Source: Octopus sinensis | Taxonomy: Eukaryota | Reading direction: 5' to 3' | DNA: 64,000 nucleotides | Assembly: GCF_006345805.1 (NCBI RefSeq) | Contig: NW_021832870.1 | Span: 1-64,000, forward strand | Part shown: positions 40,241 to 53,663 of the stretch, in pieces | Position numbering within the stretch: position 1 is the stretch's first letter | Layout: the number at the start of each line of letters is the position of its first letter | Made by a program: the position numbers and the translations under genes | Notes under the pieces: generated by a model | What the model was told of the DNA's origin: nothing | Seen by the model: the letters and a program-made list of their open reading frames with translations, nothing else | Databases searched by the model: none

Positions 40241-40737
40241 TTACTAGTATTATAGATGATTTTTATAGATATTCCTGAGCAAGAATTGACAAATAGTTTT
40301 TGCATGAAGCTAATATGATGTTAAAAAAAACCGTTAAGAAACTTAGTCGCTCGGTTTCCTTTTTTTTTTATTCTTATTTTCCTAGAAAAACTCACTATTT
40401 CAAGATAATTTTCTTTCGTTCAGCAAATTGTTTCCACAAACTTAAAGATTATGTTAACTTTCGGCAGGAACTAACTCAATAAATAGATAATCATAGGAAA
40501 TGTAGTTTCATACTGTAACACCAAAATGTTTTCGTTAATATCCGCTAGAGGTAATTTTAATACGATATCAATATGAGGTTGGCAGCTTCTCAGGTTAGTT
40601 TGTTGCTAGGCACTTTTATTTAAAGAATGTTTTCAGACATCAGTAGTGGTAACAAATTGTCGGTGCATTGGTAAGTGGTTAGGTAGACGCAATTAGTGGT
40701 AGGTTTTGTTGTTTTTTAATCATTATATAGTCTACAG

Positions 40738-41062
40738 CATAGGTTCTTAAAGTGGGCTCTACCGCCCCCCCCGGTGGGTGTTGAGACGGTCCAGGTGGGC
40801 GCTGGTGCCTAAGGGGGTGGTAGAGAAAAATGAGGCGTCGGGAGATAGGCAGTGAATTGAGGGACGCTATGAATATATTATAATATTATTATAGTATTGT
40901 ATATAAATTATATAATATTATATTAGATATCAAACGATTCATAGTATATGTAAATTAGTAAAATATGAAATATTTATTTATTCATAAAGATAAGGATGGG
41001 GTGCCGAGGGTATTATGTGGCCATGAGGGGGATCGGTGGACCCAAATGTTTGAGAACCTCTG
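40738..41062. mobile_element. hAT (Charlie-like) MITE
   Basis: Termini CATAGGTTCTTAAA / TTTGAGAACCTCTG. 8-bp TSD GTCTACAG (40730-40737) / GTCTGCAG (41063-41070). Confidence 0.75.
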
Positions 41063-41140
41063 GTCTGCAGCATGTGCTGCCTTGTGACTAGAGTAGAAAA
41101 GAATATGAAGAACCGCTATGCCGCCTTGAAATGTATGTGT

Positions 41141-41202
<62 letters not shown>

Positions 41203-41358
41203 ACGCTCGCGTGCGTGCGTGTGTGTGAGTGTGTGCGCGCACACGCAAACGCACACACACACACTTACCCAATATTTGATTTAAAATATTGTATAAATAA
41301 TTAGTGTCTGAATTAGATTCCTTTATTTATTAGTCGACTGCTTATAATAATAATAATG

Positions 41359-41411
<53 letters not shown>

Positions 41412-42431
41412 CTTTTCTATTTTAGGTTGAAGGCCCGAAATTATGGGGGAAGGGGCCAGTCGATTAGATTGAGCCAGTAAGCAACTGGTGCTTAATTTAT
41501 CGACTCCGAAAGGATGAAAGAGAAAGACGACCTCGACGGAATTTGAACTCAGAACGTAAAAACAGACGAAATACCAATTTCTTTACTACCCACAAGGCGC
41601 TAAACAAAGAGGTTTTGAGCAATGGGCTGAAACATGAGTGTAAAGGTGCATTTCTTGCACAGTCATCTGGACTACTTCCTTGAACATCTTAAGGCAATAG
41701 TGATGCACAAGGTAAAATATTCCACCGAGACATCGAGAACATAGGTATCGAGTCCAGTTGAACACCAACATGGTGCTGTCTATTGCTGGTCACTGCAAAG
41801 ACACTGTCATGGTGCAATTTATTCACATAAAGCAACGAAGACAAAGTTCATTCCTTGAATAGTTCAAATTCCAGTCTGACAGAAATATCTATTCTAAGAT
41901 GTGTAATTAAACATTTAGTGTAATACGTATATCTGTTAGACAATAAAATGTACTATTTGGTTTGTGTTAGTTTCTTATTTCAGTCTTGCATTTAATGGCA
42001 AAATTGATACTTTTTAGTAAAAAAAAATGAATCACTGTTTAACAAAAAACTTGAGGTGATAGAAATTTTCTGGGAGTATTTCTGAACCCAAAACCATCGA
42101 ATTAGGTAGGACTAATTGTAAAAATCAAGACAACTAAAAATTCTCTTTCAAATGTACCCCAGTGTAATTTGTGTACTTAGTTTTGTTAGTAAATGCCTGG
42201 GTGGTAATCAAGAAAAGCTAATGTTTTTCTGAAAAAGAAATCTACCAGCGAAATGAAACATTACCGATACAGTCTGTAACTAGCATAGAAAAATATGCAA
42301 CAGTTTTCTCAAGTTTAAAATGACATTCTTTTTGTTATCTACATTCCAACGATAGGGTTTTGTTAGAAACCAGCTCCTTTCTGAAGAAACATTTCAAATA
42401 ATTAAAAATAGAAGGGAACATGCATTCATTC

Positions 42432-42462
<31 letters not shown>

Positions 42463-43335
42463 CATACATACATACATACATACATACATACATACATACA
42501 TACAAACGTGTGTACTTCTAGTAGTTTCACCTGTAACTTCAAACCTGCAAATTCGAAACCACCAACTAATAGACAGTTAGTGTCTTCAAACATTCTACTT
42601 AATACTATCTGATCTCTTCCTGTACAGAAGCGGCTTTACCAAATAAACCCTCACAGGTATTCACACACACACGCAAGCACAATCATATACTCTTACGTGC
42701 ATAGATGCTTCGCTCACATACGTATACGTTTCTGCTTGCAAGCTGAGAAAGAAGCAGGAAGGAAAGATCAATAGAATATATGATATTATATGTAGGTCGA
42801 TGTGCAAATATGTAAACGTGGATGCACAAAAATGTACACAAGCACATATACACAAATATATTATAATATATGTATTTGTTAAGCATACATAAACATACAT
42901 ACAATTGTATATTATGTATTGTACATTGTATATTATATATATATATATACGCGTATATAATGTAAAGATATACATTGTATGTAATATAATATGATATAAT
43001 ATATATGTATATATACGTGTATATAAATATGCATATTATATATATACTTATGTATGTATGTAGGTATATATATACATACATATGTATATATAATATATAT
43101 ATGTATATATATGTATATATATGTATATATATATATATAGATAGATACATACATACATACATGCATGCATACATATATACATATATATGTAGTATATATA
43201 TGTATATATATATGAATGTGCATATATATATATATTTAAACTGTATATTTATTTATATATTTAAACTATGTATATATATATATATTTAATATATATATAT
43301 ATATATGTGTGTGTGTGTATATATATATGTGTGTG

Positions 43336-43368
<33 letters not shown>

Positions 43369-43401
43369 ATATATATATGTGTGTGTATATATATATATAT
43401 A

Positions 43402-43509
<108 letters not shown>

Positions 43510-44766
43510 CACATATTTATAATGGTCTGTTTTATGTTCACTTATAATAAACACAATTTTACATTAATCTGACTTGTTGCCTTAAGAATTTATTATTCTT
43601 AAGCAAAAATATTAACAATGACTTAGAACTTTCAATCAGTTAAGATATCGTCCGACGATATATATACGTAAATGTCGAACGACATTTTCTTTTGTGTATT
43701 ATGGCTACCATTGGTTTCATGTTAAGAAAAATATCTTAATATTCTAACAGTTTTTGAAGCCGATAACATGGCGGTATGGTGTTCATCTCCAAAATGTGCG
43801 CGCGTGCGTATGTGTTTGTATTTGTGTGCGCGCACTTGCGTGTTACACAATTCCCTTATCAGCCCTTTATCCACCATCGCTTAAAGTATTACTAAATGGT
43901 ATGCCAAATACACCACCCGGTTTATCATCATCAGCACATACTTAAGTACCTTTAGCGTAGTCTACCTTGTAAAACTCTGTTTTCGCACCTGGTCCACAGT
44001 TTTCAGGCAGAGACTGAACTGAAAGTATTCTTCGAGTGTCTATAAAAGTCCCGTTCTGTGCTCCTTTCTACATGCAAAAATATTTTTTTTAAATTACCAA
44101 GGGGAGATAATTTCAAGAAATTAAGAATTAATTCCTCGAGTGAATTTAGGCGCCTGGGCGGTAGGAACAGTCTGGTCATTGTTTGCCGAGAAGGGGGGAT
44201 AATCGACAAATGTTGCCGTATTTTGATTCCGTCATTTTTAATCTATTTGACAAGGTGAGAGAGATAGAAATATATAAATATATATATATATATGTGTATA
44301 TATATCAATGGTTCATAGGCCGGCGAGCTTGCAGAATCTTTAGCACGCCGGGCGAAATGCGTAGCCGTATTTCGTCTGCCGTTACGTTCTGACTTCAAAT
44401 CCCGCCGAGGTCGACTTTGCCGTTCATCCTTTAGGGGTCGATAAATAAAGTACCAGTTACGCACTGGGGTCGATATAATCGACTTAATCCCTTTGCCTGT
44501 CCTTGTTTGTCCACTCTATGTTTAGCCCCTTGTGGACAATAAAGAAATATATATATCAATGGTTCAGGGCCAAATTAAGAGTTAATTCTTTCATGCAAGT
44601 AAAAGGTTACCCACTGATCTGTAGGTTTGAGTAAACTGTACTATACTGACAAGAATAACAACAACAACACACTCGCACACACAAGGATGCACGCCCACAT
44701 ACGCATGTACAAATGTACGAACACACATGCATGTACACACACACACACACACACATACAAACACAC

Positions 44767-44800
<34 letters not shown>

Positions 44801-45377
44801 ATTCTCACATACATGTATATGGTTTGATTTGGGCACATATGAGCATGTATGTATCTATCTACATACACCATATGTGCGTATTATATGTATGAGTGTATGT
44901 ATGTATGAGTATGTATGTATGTATGTATGAGTGTATGTATGTATGTATGTATGTATGTATGTATGTATGTATGAGTGTATGTATGTATGTATGTATGAGT
45001 GTATGTATGTATGTATGTATGAGTGTATGTATGTATGTATGTATGAATGTATGTATGTATCCTACGTGTACATCTATTCTTCTGTTCATCTTAAATGTTA
45101 ACTAAATATTCACCTGCCGCCAAAACTAATAAGCTACTTGGTTTGTTTACATGTCGACATTCTATTGTATTCTTCCCGTATTTATAACACTGGGAAACTA
45201 ATAATAGTTTACCTCTACATTCATTTTTATTCCTGTTTCCTTCGTTGTTATAATTTTTTCTTTGTTGTTTTCCCTACGATTTTTTTGTTTCTCTAGAAAA
45301 AAATTAGCTCACATTACAACTTCTCTTTCCGTCTTTTGCTTACTTTTACTTATTTATTAATTAATTAATTTATTTAT

Positions 45378-45409
<32 letters not shown>

Positions 45410-47076
45410 TTACTCTTTCAATTAGTTCCTCAATTTCTCTACGCGCACCCAGATATTTAAGGACTCAAACAGCTCTGCTAAAGTAACACATATCGAGAGA
45501 AGAACAAATTGGCGAACTCACTTCGAACTAAACGAAGGAGCTTCTATGTGGTTGCTTACCCAATTAAAAATAACAACCAATTGTTTCTCAAATCATATCT
45601 TATCATCTGTTTTATTTATTTTTTAACGAAGGGTACATTAGATCGTGTTGTGACGCGAGAATGATTTTTTCAGATGACGGATGGCACAGGGACCAGGCCT
45701 TCGGTGAATTTTGAAGCTTCTCTCAGCATCATATATGTCACTGCATCGATTAGACTATCGGATATAGTTATACACCACTGATCACAATGCGTTTCCTCGC
45801 GTTGTTGTAGCCTAGCAGAACAGATAGGCCAACATTCTCTCCTTGACCGGAAACCAGTTTGTTGGTTGCAGTATTGCCCTTTTGAACCCGAGTGGATTGA
45901 AGCAACGTGAAATGATGTGTTTTGCTCAAGAACAGGAGGCACTGCCGGTCTTGGAATCAAGACCATGATTTTGCGATCAGGAGTATAACACCCTGACCAT
46001 GAGGCCACACACACGATGTGTTCGCACAGTTTACGTGTACCAAATCTACTTACACGACACTAGTTGGTCCGGAGCTATAGTTTGTTCCTTCTCGAGTCAT
46101 ACCTGGCTCATAAGGGCCGGTTTCCCGGTTTCCTTAGCATATAGGTTCCCCACCTGGACGGGACGCCGGTCCGTCGCAGGGAGATATAGTAGAAGACACT
46201 TGCCTAATGTGCTGTGCTGTAAGAATGAACCCATGCTTGCAAAGGGACCGAGCAAATTTTGTCGTATTACCAATCGTCAGAACTAATTACCCGACCGAGG
46301 TAGCATTCCATTAAACCCGTTGATTATCAGTGCAGATGAACAGCCCTACAACTAGCTTAGATAAGTAGCTTTGATGAGTGACTGGTAGAAAAACAGAAGA
46401 AACAGATCGTCAACGAGTGAATAGAAGAAAAACAGCCCAACCCTATATTTAAGATATCATCTAAAATACAGCTACTTCGATATACGGAACATACGAAAAC
46501 CTGTTTAATGCGAAGCTAAATGAAATTCATGTTGGCCATAATCGTATTCCTTTCATTATTAGGTTTGTATGTTAAAACCAGGGATTATAAGACAAGAATT
46601 ACTTAGTGCAAATTTAAATATATATTATGATAAAACTTAATCCGTATGGCATTGCTACATATACATCCCGACAAAGAGTTAATTTATATGACTTATGGGG
46701 TGTTATATAATTTTACGAGCTTATTCTGTTTTCACAAGGTGGGGCTTGACATTGATTAAATATTCTACTGAATTGCGTTCACAATTTGTCTCTGTGTATC
46801 TATGGATATTATTCTTAAAATAACATTTTTACAGGAATGTTCGAGGTCATTACGGCTTATAAGACAACTCGGATAATGGAATCGGTATTGTCGTACGAAA
46901 TTCTTTTATTTCTTGAATTCAAATTGCACCAAGATCGATTTTGCCTTTCATTCTCTTGGGGTTGATAATATAAGTACCAGTTGAGCACAGAGGTCGATGT
47001 AATTCTTAAAATTGCAGGCCTTGTACGAAAATTTGAAACCATTATTAACATCAATAAAAGTATTCGCGGCAGGAAC

Positions 47077-47104
47077 AGTAGTAGCAACAGCAGCAGCAGC
47101 AGCA

Positions 47105-47146
<42 letters not shown>

Positions 47147-47280
47147 TAGTAGTAGCAGCAGCAGCAGCAGTAGTAGTAGTGGCAGCAGCAGTAGTAGCAG
47201 TAGTAGTAGTAGTAGTAGTGGCAGCAGCAGCACCAGTAGTAGTAGTAGTAGTAGTGTAGTAGTAGTAGTAGTAGTAGTAG

Positions 47281-47332
<52 letters not shown>

Positions 47333-47374
47333 AGTAGTAGTAGTAGTAGTGGTAGTAGTAGTTGTAGTAGTAGT
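47077..47374. repeat. (CAG)n/(TAG)n/(TTG)n compound microsatellite
   Basis: Directly visible. Confidence 0.95.
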
Positions 47375-47872
47375 AAAATTCATGTGGTCGATTGACTTGA
47401 ATATGCTCACCATTCAATTTTTGATCGTATCCTTAAATAGGAAACCTTCATTGCTTTCATTGTTGTTTTTGTTGTTGTTGTTCTTCCAATCAGGACTCAA
47501 GCCATAAGCCACAAAGAATAATCTCTAATTCGAGCCTACTCTAAGCTACTAAGAATGCGTGTGGCAACTTGAAGATCCACCCACCACACGCGATAGACTG
47601 GCGGTTGTACGGGCGCGAAAGTTACGTTGTTATCCTCATTGCGTATATTACAAACGAGAGACTGAGTGCTTCAAGCTTTACACTTTTTCCTAATTCTTTG
47701 GCTTCCGTTTCCCAACTGATGAACGTGGTTTTTGCTTTAAATAGGGACCCATAACATAAGTCCAAGCATGTACGTGTGGTTAAAGAAGCTCGCTTTGCAG
47801 TCACATGGTTTCGGGGTCACTCCCCGTGCCCTGTATGTAAATTTAATCGATGGAAACTGTGTGGAAGCCCAT

Positions 47873-47911
<39 letters not shown>

Positions 47912-48192
47912 CAGAATGTTTTGCATAATAAGATAAAAAAAAACAAGGCTGAGTAGATATTAGAGAATTTATAGATAGAAGGTCTTACAGCTGTTTCTAG
48001 GATATTAATTAATAATATCTCTTCATCAGAGATGGAGTGAGAGGAAACTATGACTTAACTTTCCTCTCACACCGTCTCCGATGAAGGGATATTATTAATT
48101 AATATTCTAGAAACAGCTGTAAGACCTTCTATCTATAAATTCTCTAATATCTATACAGCCTTGGTTTTTATCTCATTACGCAAAAAATTCTT
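47912..48192. repeat. Long inverted repeat built from two head-to-head Penelope-type terminal repeats, each with a minimal hammerhead motif
   Basis: Arms about 47912-48048 and 48059-48192 are near reverse complements. Motifs CTGATGA (minus, 48023-48029) and CCGATGA (plus, 48078-48084) are each followed by stem II and GAAACAGCTGTA. Confidence 0.85.
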
Positions 48193-49249
48193 ATATACAC
48201 ACGTTGACATAGAACCAACGTTGAACCCTTTATTCACAATATTACCAAATCTGGAACTTAACTATGGTCTGTCTATAGCACTTATTCAGCATTACCTGAC
48301 ACCTTTGGGTCTCAATGACACCATTATCTATATGTGTGTGTGTGTGTGTTTGTGTGTGTGTGTGCGTGTGTGTATACGTGCGTGTGTGCGCGTGAGTATT
48401 TGTGCTGTATCTGTCCTCCACAATCGCTTGGCAACCGGTACTGCTTAGGGGTCAATTTATTTGACTAAACACTTCAAGCTGGTACCCCAGCATGGCCGTA
48501 GTCCAATGACTGAAATGATTAAAAGATAAAAGATAACAACACACAGCTCTGTCAGCCGTAAACTATGTCGTGCAGCAATAGTGAAAGTAGGTTTGCAAAA
48601 ACTCCATCAATTTTGTCTAAAATTTATTTCTGTCAAAACCGCTGGTTTTTTACTCGTATTTTTTCCTTTCCCTTTCTGTGTCTCTCCATTTAATGCTCCC
48701 ATCAGAGAAAGCCAATATCTCGACTCACTCTATCAAACAAGCAAGTTAAACACTATGTCATTTCGCTTGTTTATTCAAAGTTTCCTGCTATAAATGATTA
48801 CCAAAGGAAAATCTCGGATTTCATCCCATTACATTATTATATAATAATTTGAAATTATTTGCATGGATTCTTTCAATTAGTAACAGAGCCTGACAGCTGA
48901 TATTTCTCTCCTGTTTTTTCTCCTTCTGTTCGTATGATACGATGAGAGTATTTAGTGCCATGGAAGATACAGCAATCAACGTTATTGTGCTTGTTAATAT
49001 ACTAATATTGTTTGTTGAAACTGTACTACCTGACACGATCTGGTCGATTACATTTTTTGGTTTCACATAATAAGCATTCCTCTCTGCCCGTTTTTTTCTT
49101 CTCTTTTTTAGATTTCTTTAGTTTATGGTAGACATTATTATTTTTTTTACCTGATACATCAAGGCCTTCAGTTTCTGTTTTTCACCTCTTAACATATTAT
49201 TCCATATATTTTCGCTCAGAAATTTCTAGTAAATATATACACACACACA

Positions 49250-49296
<47 letters not shown>

Positions 49297-49302
<6 letters not shown>

Positions 49303-49715
49303 TCTTTTACTCTTTTACTTGTTTCAGTCATTTAACTGAGGCCATGCTGGAACACCGCCTTTAGTCGAGCAAATCGACCCCAGGACTTATTCTTTGTAAG
49401 CCTAGTACTTATTCTACCGGTCTCTTTTTCCGAACCGCTAAGTTACAGGGACTCAAACACACCAGCATCGGTTGTCAAGCGATGTTGGGGGGGCAAACAC
49501 AGATACACAAACACATACACACACACACATACATATATACATATACATATATACGACGGGCTTCTTTCAGTTTTCGCCTATTAAATCCACTCACAAGGCT
49601 TTGGTCGGCTCGAGGCTATAGTAGAAGACACTTGTCCAAGGTGCCACGCAGTGGGACTGAGCCCGAAACCATATAGTTGGTAAGCAAGCTACTTACCACA
49701 CAGCCAGCCACTCTT
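49297..49715 (-). mobile_element. tRNA-derived CORE-like SINE (family A), representative copy
   Basis: tRNA-like head, CORE-like GTGGCACCTTGGRCAAGTGTCTT, internal (TA/TG)n, 3' CAGCATGGCC-hairpin-GAAAC and (AGTAAAAG)n tail. Other copies near 10540, 16537, 17240, 18665, 19470, 21210, 34908 and 57140. Confidence 0.85.
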
Positions 49716-50396
49716 GTATTCTGAGGTATGTATCACTTATTTCTAATCCGAAATACTTCCTTCATGATGTCTTTCCCGTTTTGTATCATTAACTATCAGT
49801 AACTATAATTTCTATCGGTAAATTCATAATAAATCATAACAGATCCAAACTAATTTGTCTACTTTATCTTCATATACAGATTCAAATAAACAATAAAAAA
49901 TGTTGTTTGCATGGAGATTGAAAAAAAAATGTGTATGTATGTATGAATGTATCTTATTGCGTGCATGACAACCGATGCTGGTGTGTTTACGTCCCTGTAA
50001 ATTGATAGACTAAGCACTAGGCTTTAAAGAATAAGTCCTGGGTGTCAATTTGTTCGACTAAAGGCCGTGCTCCAGCATGGCCGCAGTCAAATGACTGAAA
50101 CACATTAAAGAATGAAAGAATATATATATATACACGTCAGCTTTCCACGCAGTTTCTGTCTATTAGATTCACTTACATGGCGTTAATCGTCCCGGGTATT
50201 AGAGTACAAGAGCTAAGATCCTAGGCTGTGGGACAGGACTCGAAACCAATTGCTTGTAAAGCGACCTTCTCAATCACGGTAAATACAGAAACTGGAAAAT
50301 CTGTCTTATGAGTCTATACGACTCGGAAACGAGCTGTATCCTTTATATATATATATATATACATATATATACATATATATATATGTGTGTGTATAC

Positions 50397-50445
<49 letters not shown>

Positions 50446-50667
50446 TATATGTATGTATATATATATACATATATATATGTGTGTATATATATATAATATA
50501 TACACATATATATATGTATGTATATATATATACATATATATACATATATATATGTGTGTATATATATATATATATATTGATTGATTGATTCGATTGATTC
50601 TAGTTTCAGATTATGAGCTGTGGCCATGCTGGGGCACCGCCATTTGGTGTTGCTACTTGGTTTCACT

Positions 50668-53663
50668 TCATGGAGGCTTTCTAGCAACTGCTATTTGGTG
50701 CATGAGAGAGTTCGATGCAGCTGCCCTCATCTGCCCCTCCTGCCGTGAAGTTGGTTCATCTGGGACACCTGACAGGAAGAGATCCAGCTTCATTTTAAAG
50801 ACATCTGTATCCAACCCATGCAGGTCTCTCAGGTTCTTCGGGAGGATATTGAAGAGCTGTGGGCCTCGGAAGCCCAGGCTATCACAGAATCTTGTCCTAC
50901 ATCTTGATGGCAGGTTTGGAGTCCTAGGCACCACGCAGTGGCGCCCAGTTCTGGCATTTGCGTAACTCTCGATGCCAAAGTTCAGGACACTTCCCTCCAG
51001 GATCTTCCAGATGTATATTATGGCATATCTTTCCCGCCTACGCTCCAGAGAATATAATTTTAATCTCTTGAGTCTTTCCCAGTAGCTTACATTCTGCATA
51101 GAGGCTATCTTCTTTGTGTAGCTTCGTTGGATCGCCTCAAGTTCTGTGATCAACTTGACACTGGATGGTGACCATAGCTGAGAGCAATAGTCAAAGTGGC
51201 TTAGGACAAGTGTCTTCCAGAGGACCATCATGGTTTTTTGTTCTCTTGTTCTAAAGGTTCTAAGAATCTATCCAGCCAGCCGTCTACATTTCATTGTCAG
51301 TTTAGCAACATGTACATGAAAGGTCGCGTCATCACTCATGTGAATACCCAGGTCACGCACTGATTGTGCCTCTGGGATTGCAATCCCTCCGGGTCCAGTG
51401 TATTCATTGGGTATTGCATTCAGTTTTGCATGCTGATAGTATAAAGCTTGAAACTTTCCAGCATTGAACTGCATGCTATTCTTTTCAGCCCACTTGTATA
51501 TTTCGTCCAGCTCACATTGCAGGTGTTTAGTGTCCTCAGGGTTCTGTATTGCCTGTGAAACTTTTGTATCATCTGCATAACTTGTGATCGTGGCTCTCTG
51601 CGTGGCTGAGGGCATGTCTGAGAGGGCCATTATGAACAGTAGTGGTCCCAGAACAGTGCCCTGCGGAACACCGCTCACTATTTGTGTGTTAATGGAGGTG
51701 GCCCCATTGGCTACTACCACCTGACTTCTATCCTTCAGAAAGTCATGAAGCCATTCTCCCAGTTTTCCAACTATGTTGAGATCACGCAGTTTGTGACATA
51801 TCATTCCATGATCGACTTTATCAAAGGCCTTTGCAAAGTCGAGATATATCACTTCCACATTTGAGTGGTTGAGCAGCCGTTTCAGCACCCAGTCATAGTG
51901 TTGTAGGAGCTGAGTTAAACAGCTTCTCCCTGGTCGGAAACCATGTTGGGTGTCGGGCAGCAAGTCATTCTCTTCCAGGAAGGTGATCAGCTTCCTTCTG
52001 ACTATTCGTTCCATGACCTTGCTGATGTGTGAGGTCAGAGAGATAGGTCTATAGTTCTTGGCTTCCGCTCTGCTACCTCCTTTATGAATGGGGCATATTT
52101 TACCTTCCTTCAGTTTTCCTGGAAGTTTGCCAGCTGCAAGGAAGCTCTGAAAGAGGAACTGCAGTGGTCTTGCTAGGACTCTCTTACATGCTTTTAGGAG
52201 GATTGCTGGGAATCCATCGGGGCCAGTAGCTGAGTCTGTTTTCATTTCATCTATAGCCTTGGTTACATCGTCTTCCTTTATATCGATGTAATCTATCGTC
52301 GCCGCCTCTGATTTTATATCTGCAGTGGTAAAAAAGTCAGTTGGATTGGTGATTTGGAGATGCCCAAGGGGTGGAGTGAAAACACTCTTGAATTGCTCAT
52401 TCAGTATTTCACTTACCCTCATTGGTTTTCCTGTAAGTGTGCCATCCTTTTCGAGGAGTGGCCCTATTCTACAGTGCACTGTAGCTGTTTCTTTGGCATA
52501 CCTGTAGAAAGCTCTGGGGTTAGATTTTATGTTTTCTATAGCCCAGGCTTCTTTGTCTGCTCTTTCTTTTTCATGGGAGAGTTGCAGACATTTTTCGATT
52601 TCCAACAGTTTTATTTTTAGGCGGGACTTTTCACTGCTTTCAATCTGTTTGTTTAGGCGATTTGAAAATTTCGTACGCCGTCTCATTAAAATTTTCCTCT
52701 CTCTGGGGATTTTGTTCTTGTGTACAGTGGCCTTTCTCTCTGGGACACATTTGTAGCATATGGCTTGCATTACAGACATGAATTGTTGAAGTTTCACGTC
52801 GATGTCTGGCGAGGAGAGACATTTAGGCCAGTTTTGTTTGAGGATCTCTTTCTCAATTTGTTTCCAGTTTGCCTTATGGTAGTTCAAGCTGGAAAGATTT
52901 TGAGGGTTTCTTGTAGGCTGCATGTCCGTGCTCTCTTTTGGCCCGTACATGGTCAGCTCTATCATGTTGTGATCCGAGAGTATTGTCGGTGTCACTTTCA
53001 CATTATGGATGAGATCCATGTCATTTGTGAAGCAGAGATCCAGTGTGTTACCTGCCCTGGTTGGTTGGAGTATTACCTGCTCCATGTACAGGGTGTTGAT
53101 GAGGTTCAGGAGGGACCTCGCCTGTCCTCGTTCACATCTTGTCATTCCTGGGAGAGAAAGGCCCTCGGGCCATCTGACATTGGGCAGATTGAAGTCTCCC
53201 ATAAGAAGCACACCTATGTGTTGTTCTAATGTGGTTAGAATTTCTTCTATTTTTATAAGGCAGTCTTCAAACTTGCCCACATGGCTTGGGGCATCTTGAG
53301 GGCGATATGTAGCACACACAACTACATCAAGTTGCCTAATATGTACAATTAGTGTGTCACACACCGAGTTTGAGTATGACAAGAGGACCTGGGGTGTGAG
53401 GTCCTCACGGATGTACATAGCAACACCTCCATGACTCCTTTCTTTCCTGTCGGTCCGTAGTACAGCATACTGTGGTATGTGTAACTCCGCATCTGCTATG
53501 TCCGGTTTCAGGTGCGTTTCTGTAAGTGCTATGCATAAGGCTTGATTGCATGCAACAAAGTCTCTCAGGAACGGATCTTTGTCCTGTTACTGAGTGTTTG
53601 CAGTCCTCTGATGTTCAGTAGGAGTATCGAGGTGAGGTGTACGTTGTTGCCGGCGGTGTCCAT
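50668..53663 (-). pseudogene. LINE ORF2 (AP endonuclease + reverse transcriptase) with one frameshift and one nonsense codon
   Basis: Endonuclease motifs LLNIRGL, ALTETHL, GGVAMY, MGDFN, LDL, SDH. RT motifs YRPISLTS, QHGFRPGRSC, YLDFAKAFDKVDH, GVPQGTVLGPLLF, YADD. One base is missing near 53573 (restoring it gives TKIPFLRDFV) and there is an in-frame TAG at 51268-51270 (RLAG*ILRTF). The repaired frame is 998 aa. Confidence 0.9.

Noticed and set aside
40440-40515. Possible signal-peptide exon (ATG AAA CTA CAT TTC CTA) for the Argos-like gene
   Set aside because: TGA at codon 7; the alternative frame ends in phase 1, which gives a stop in the next exon.
48821-49066. 81-aa minus-strand ORF with a mildly hydrophobic stretch
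   Set aside because: Non-ATG start, no convincing splice sites, and no recognisable motif.
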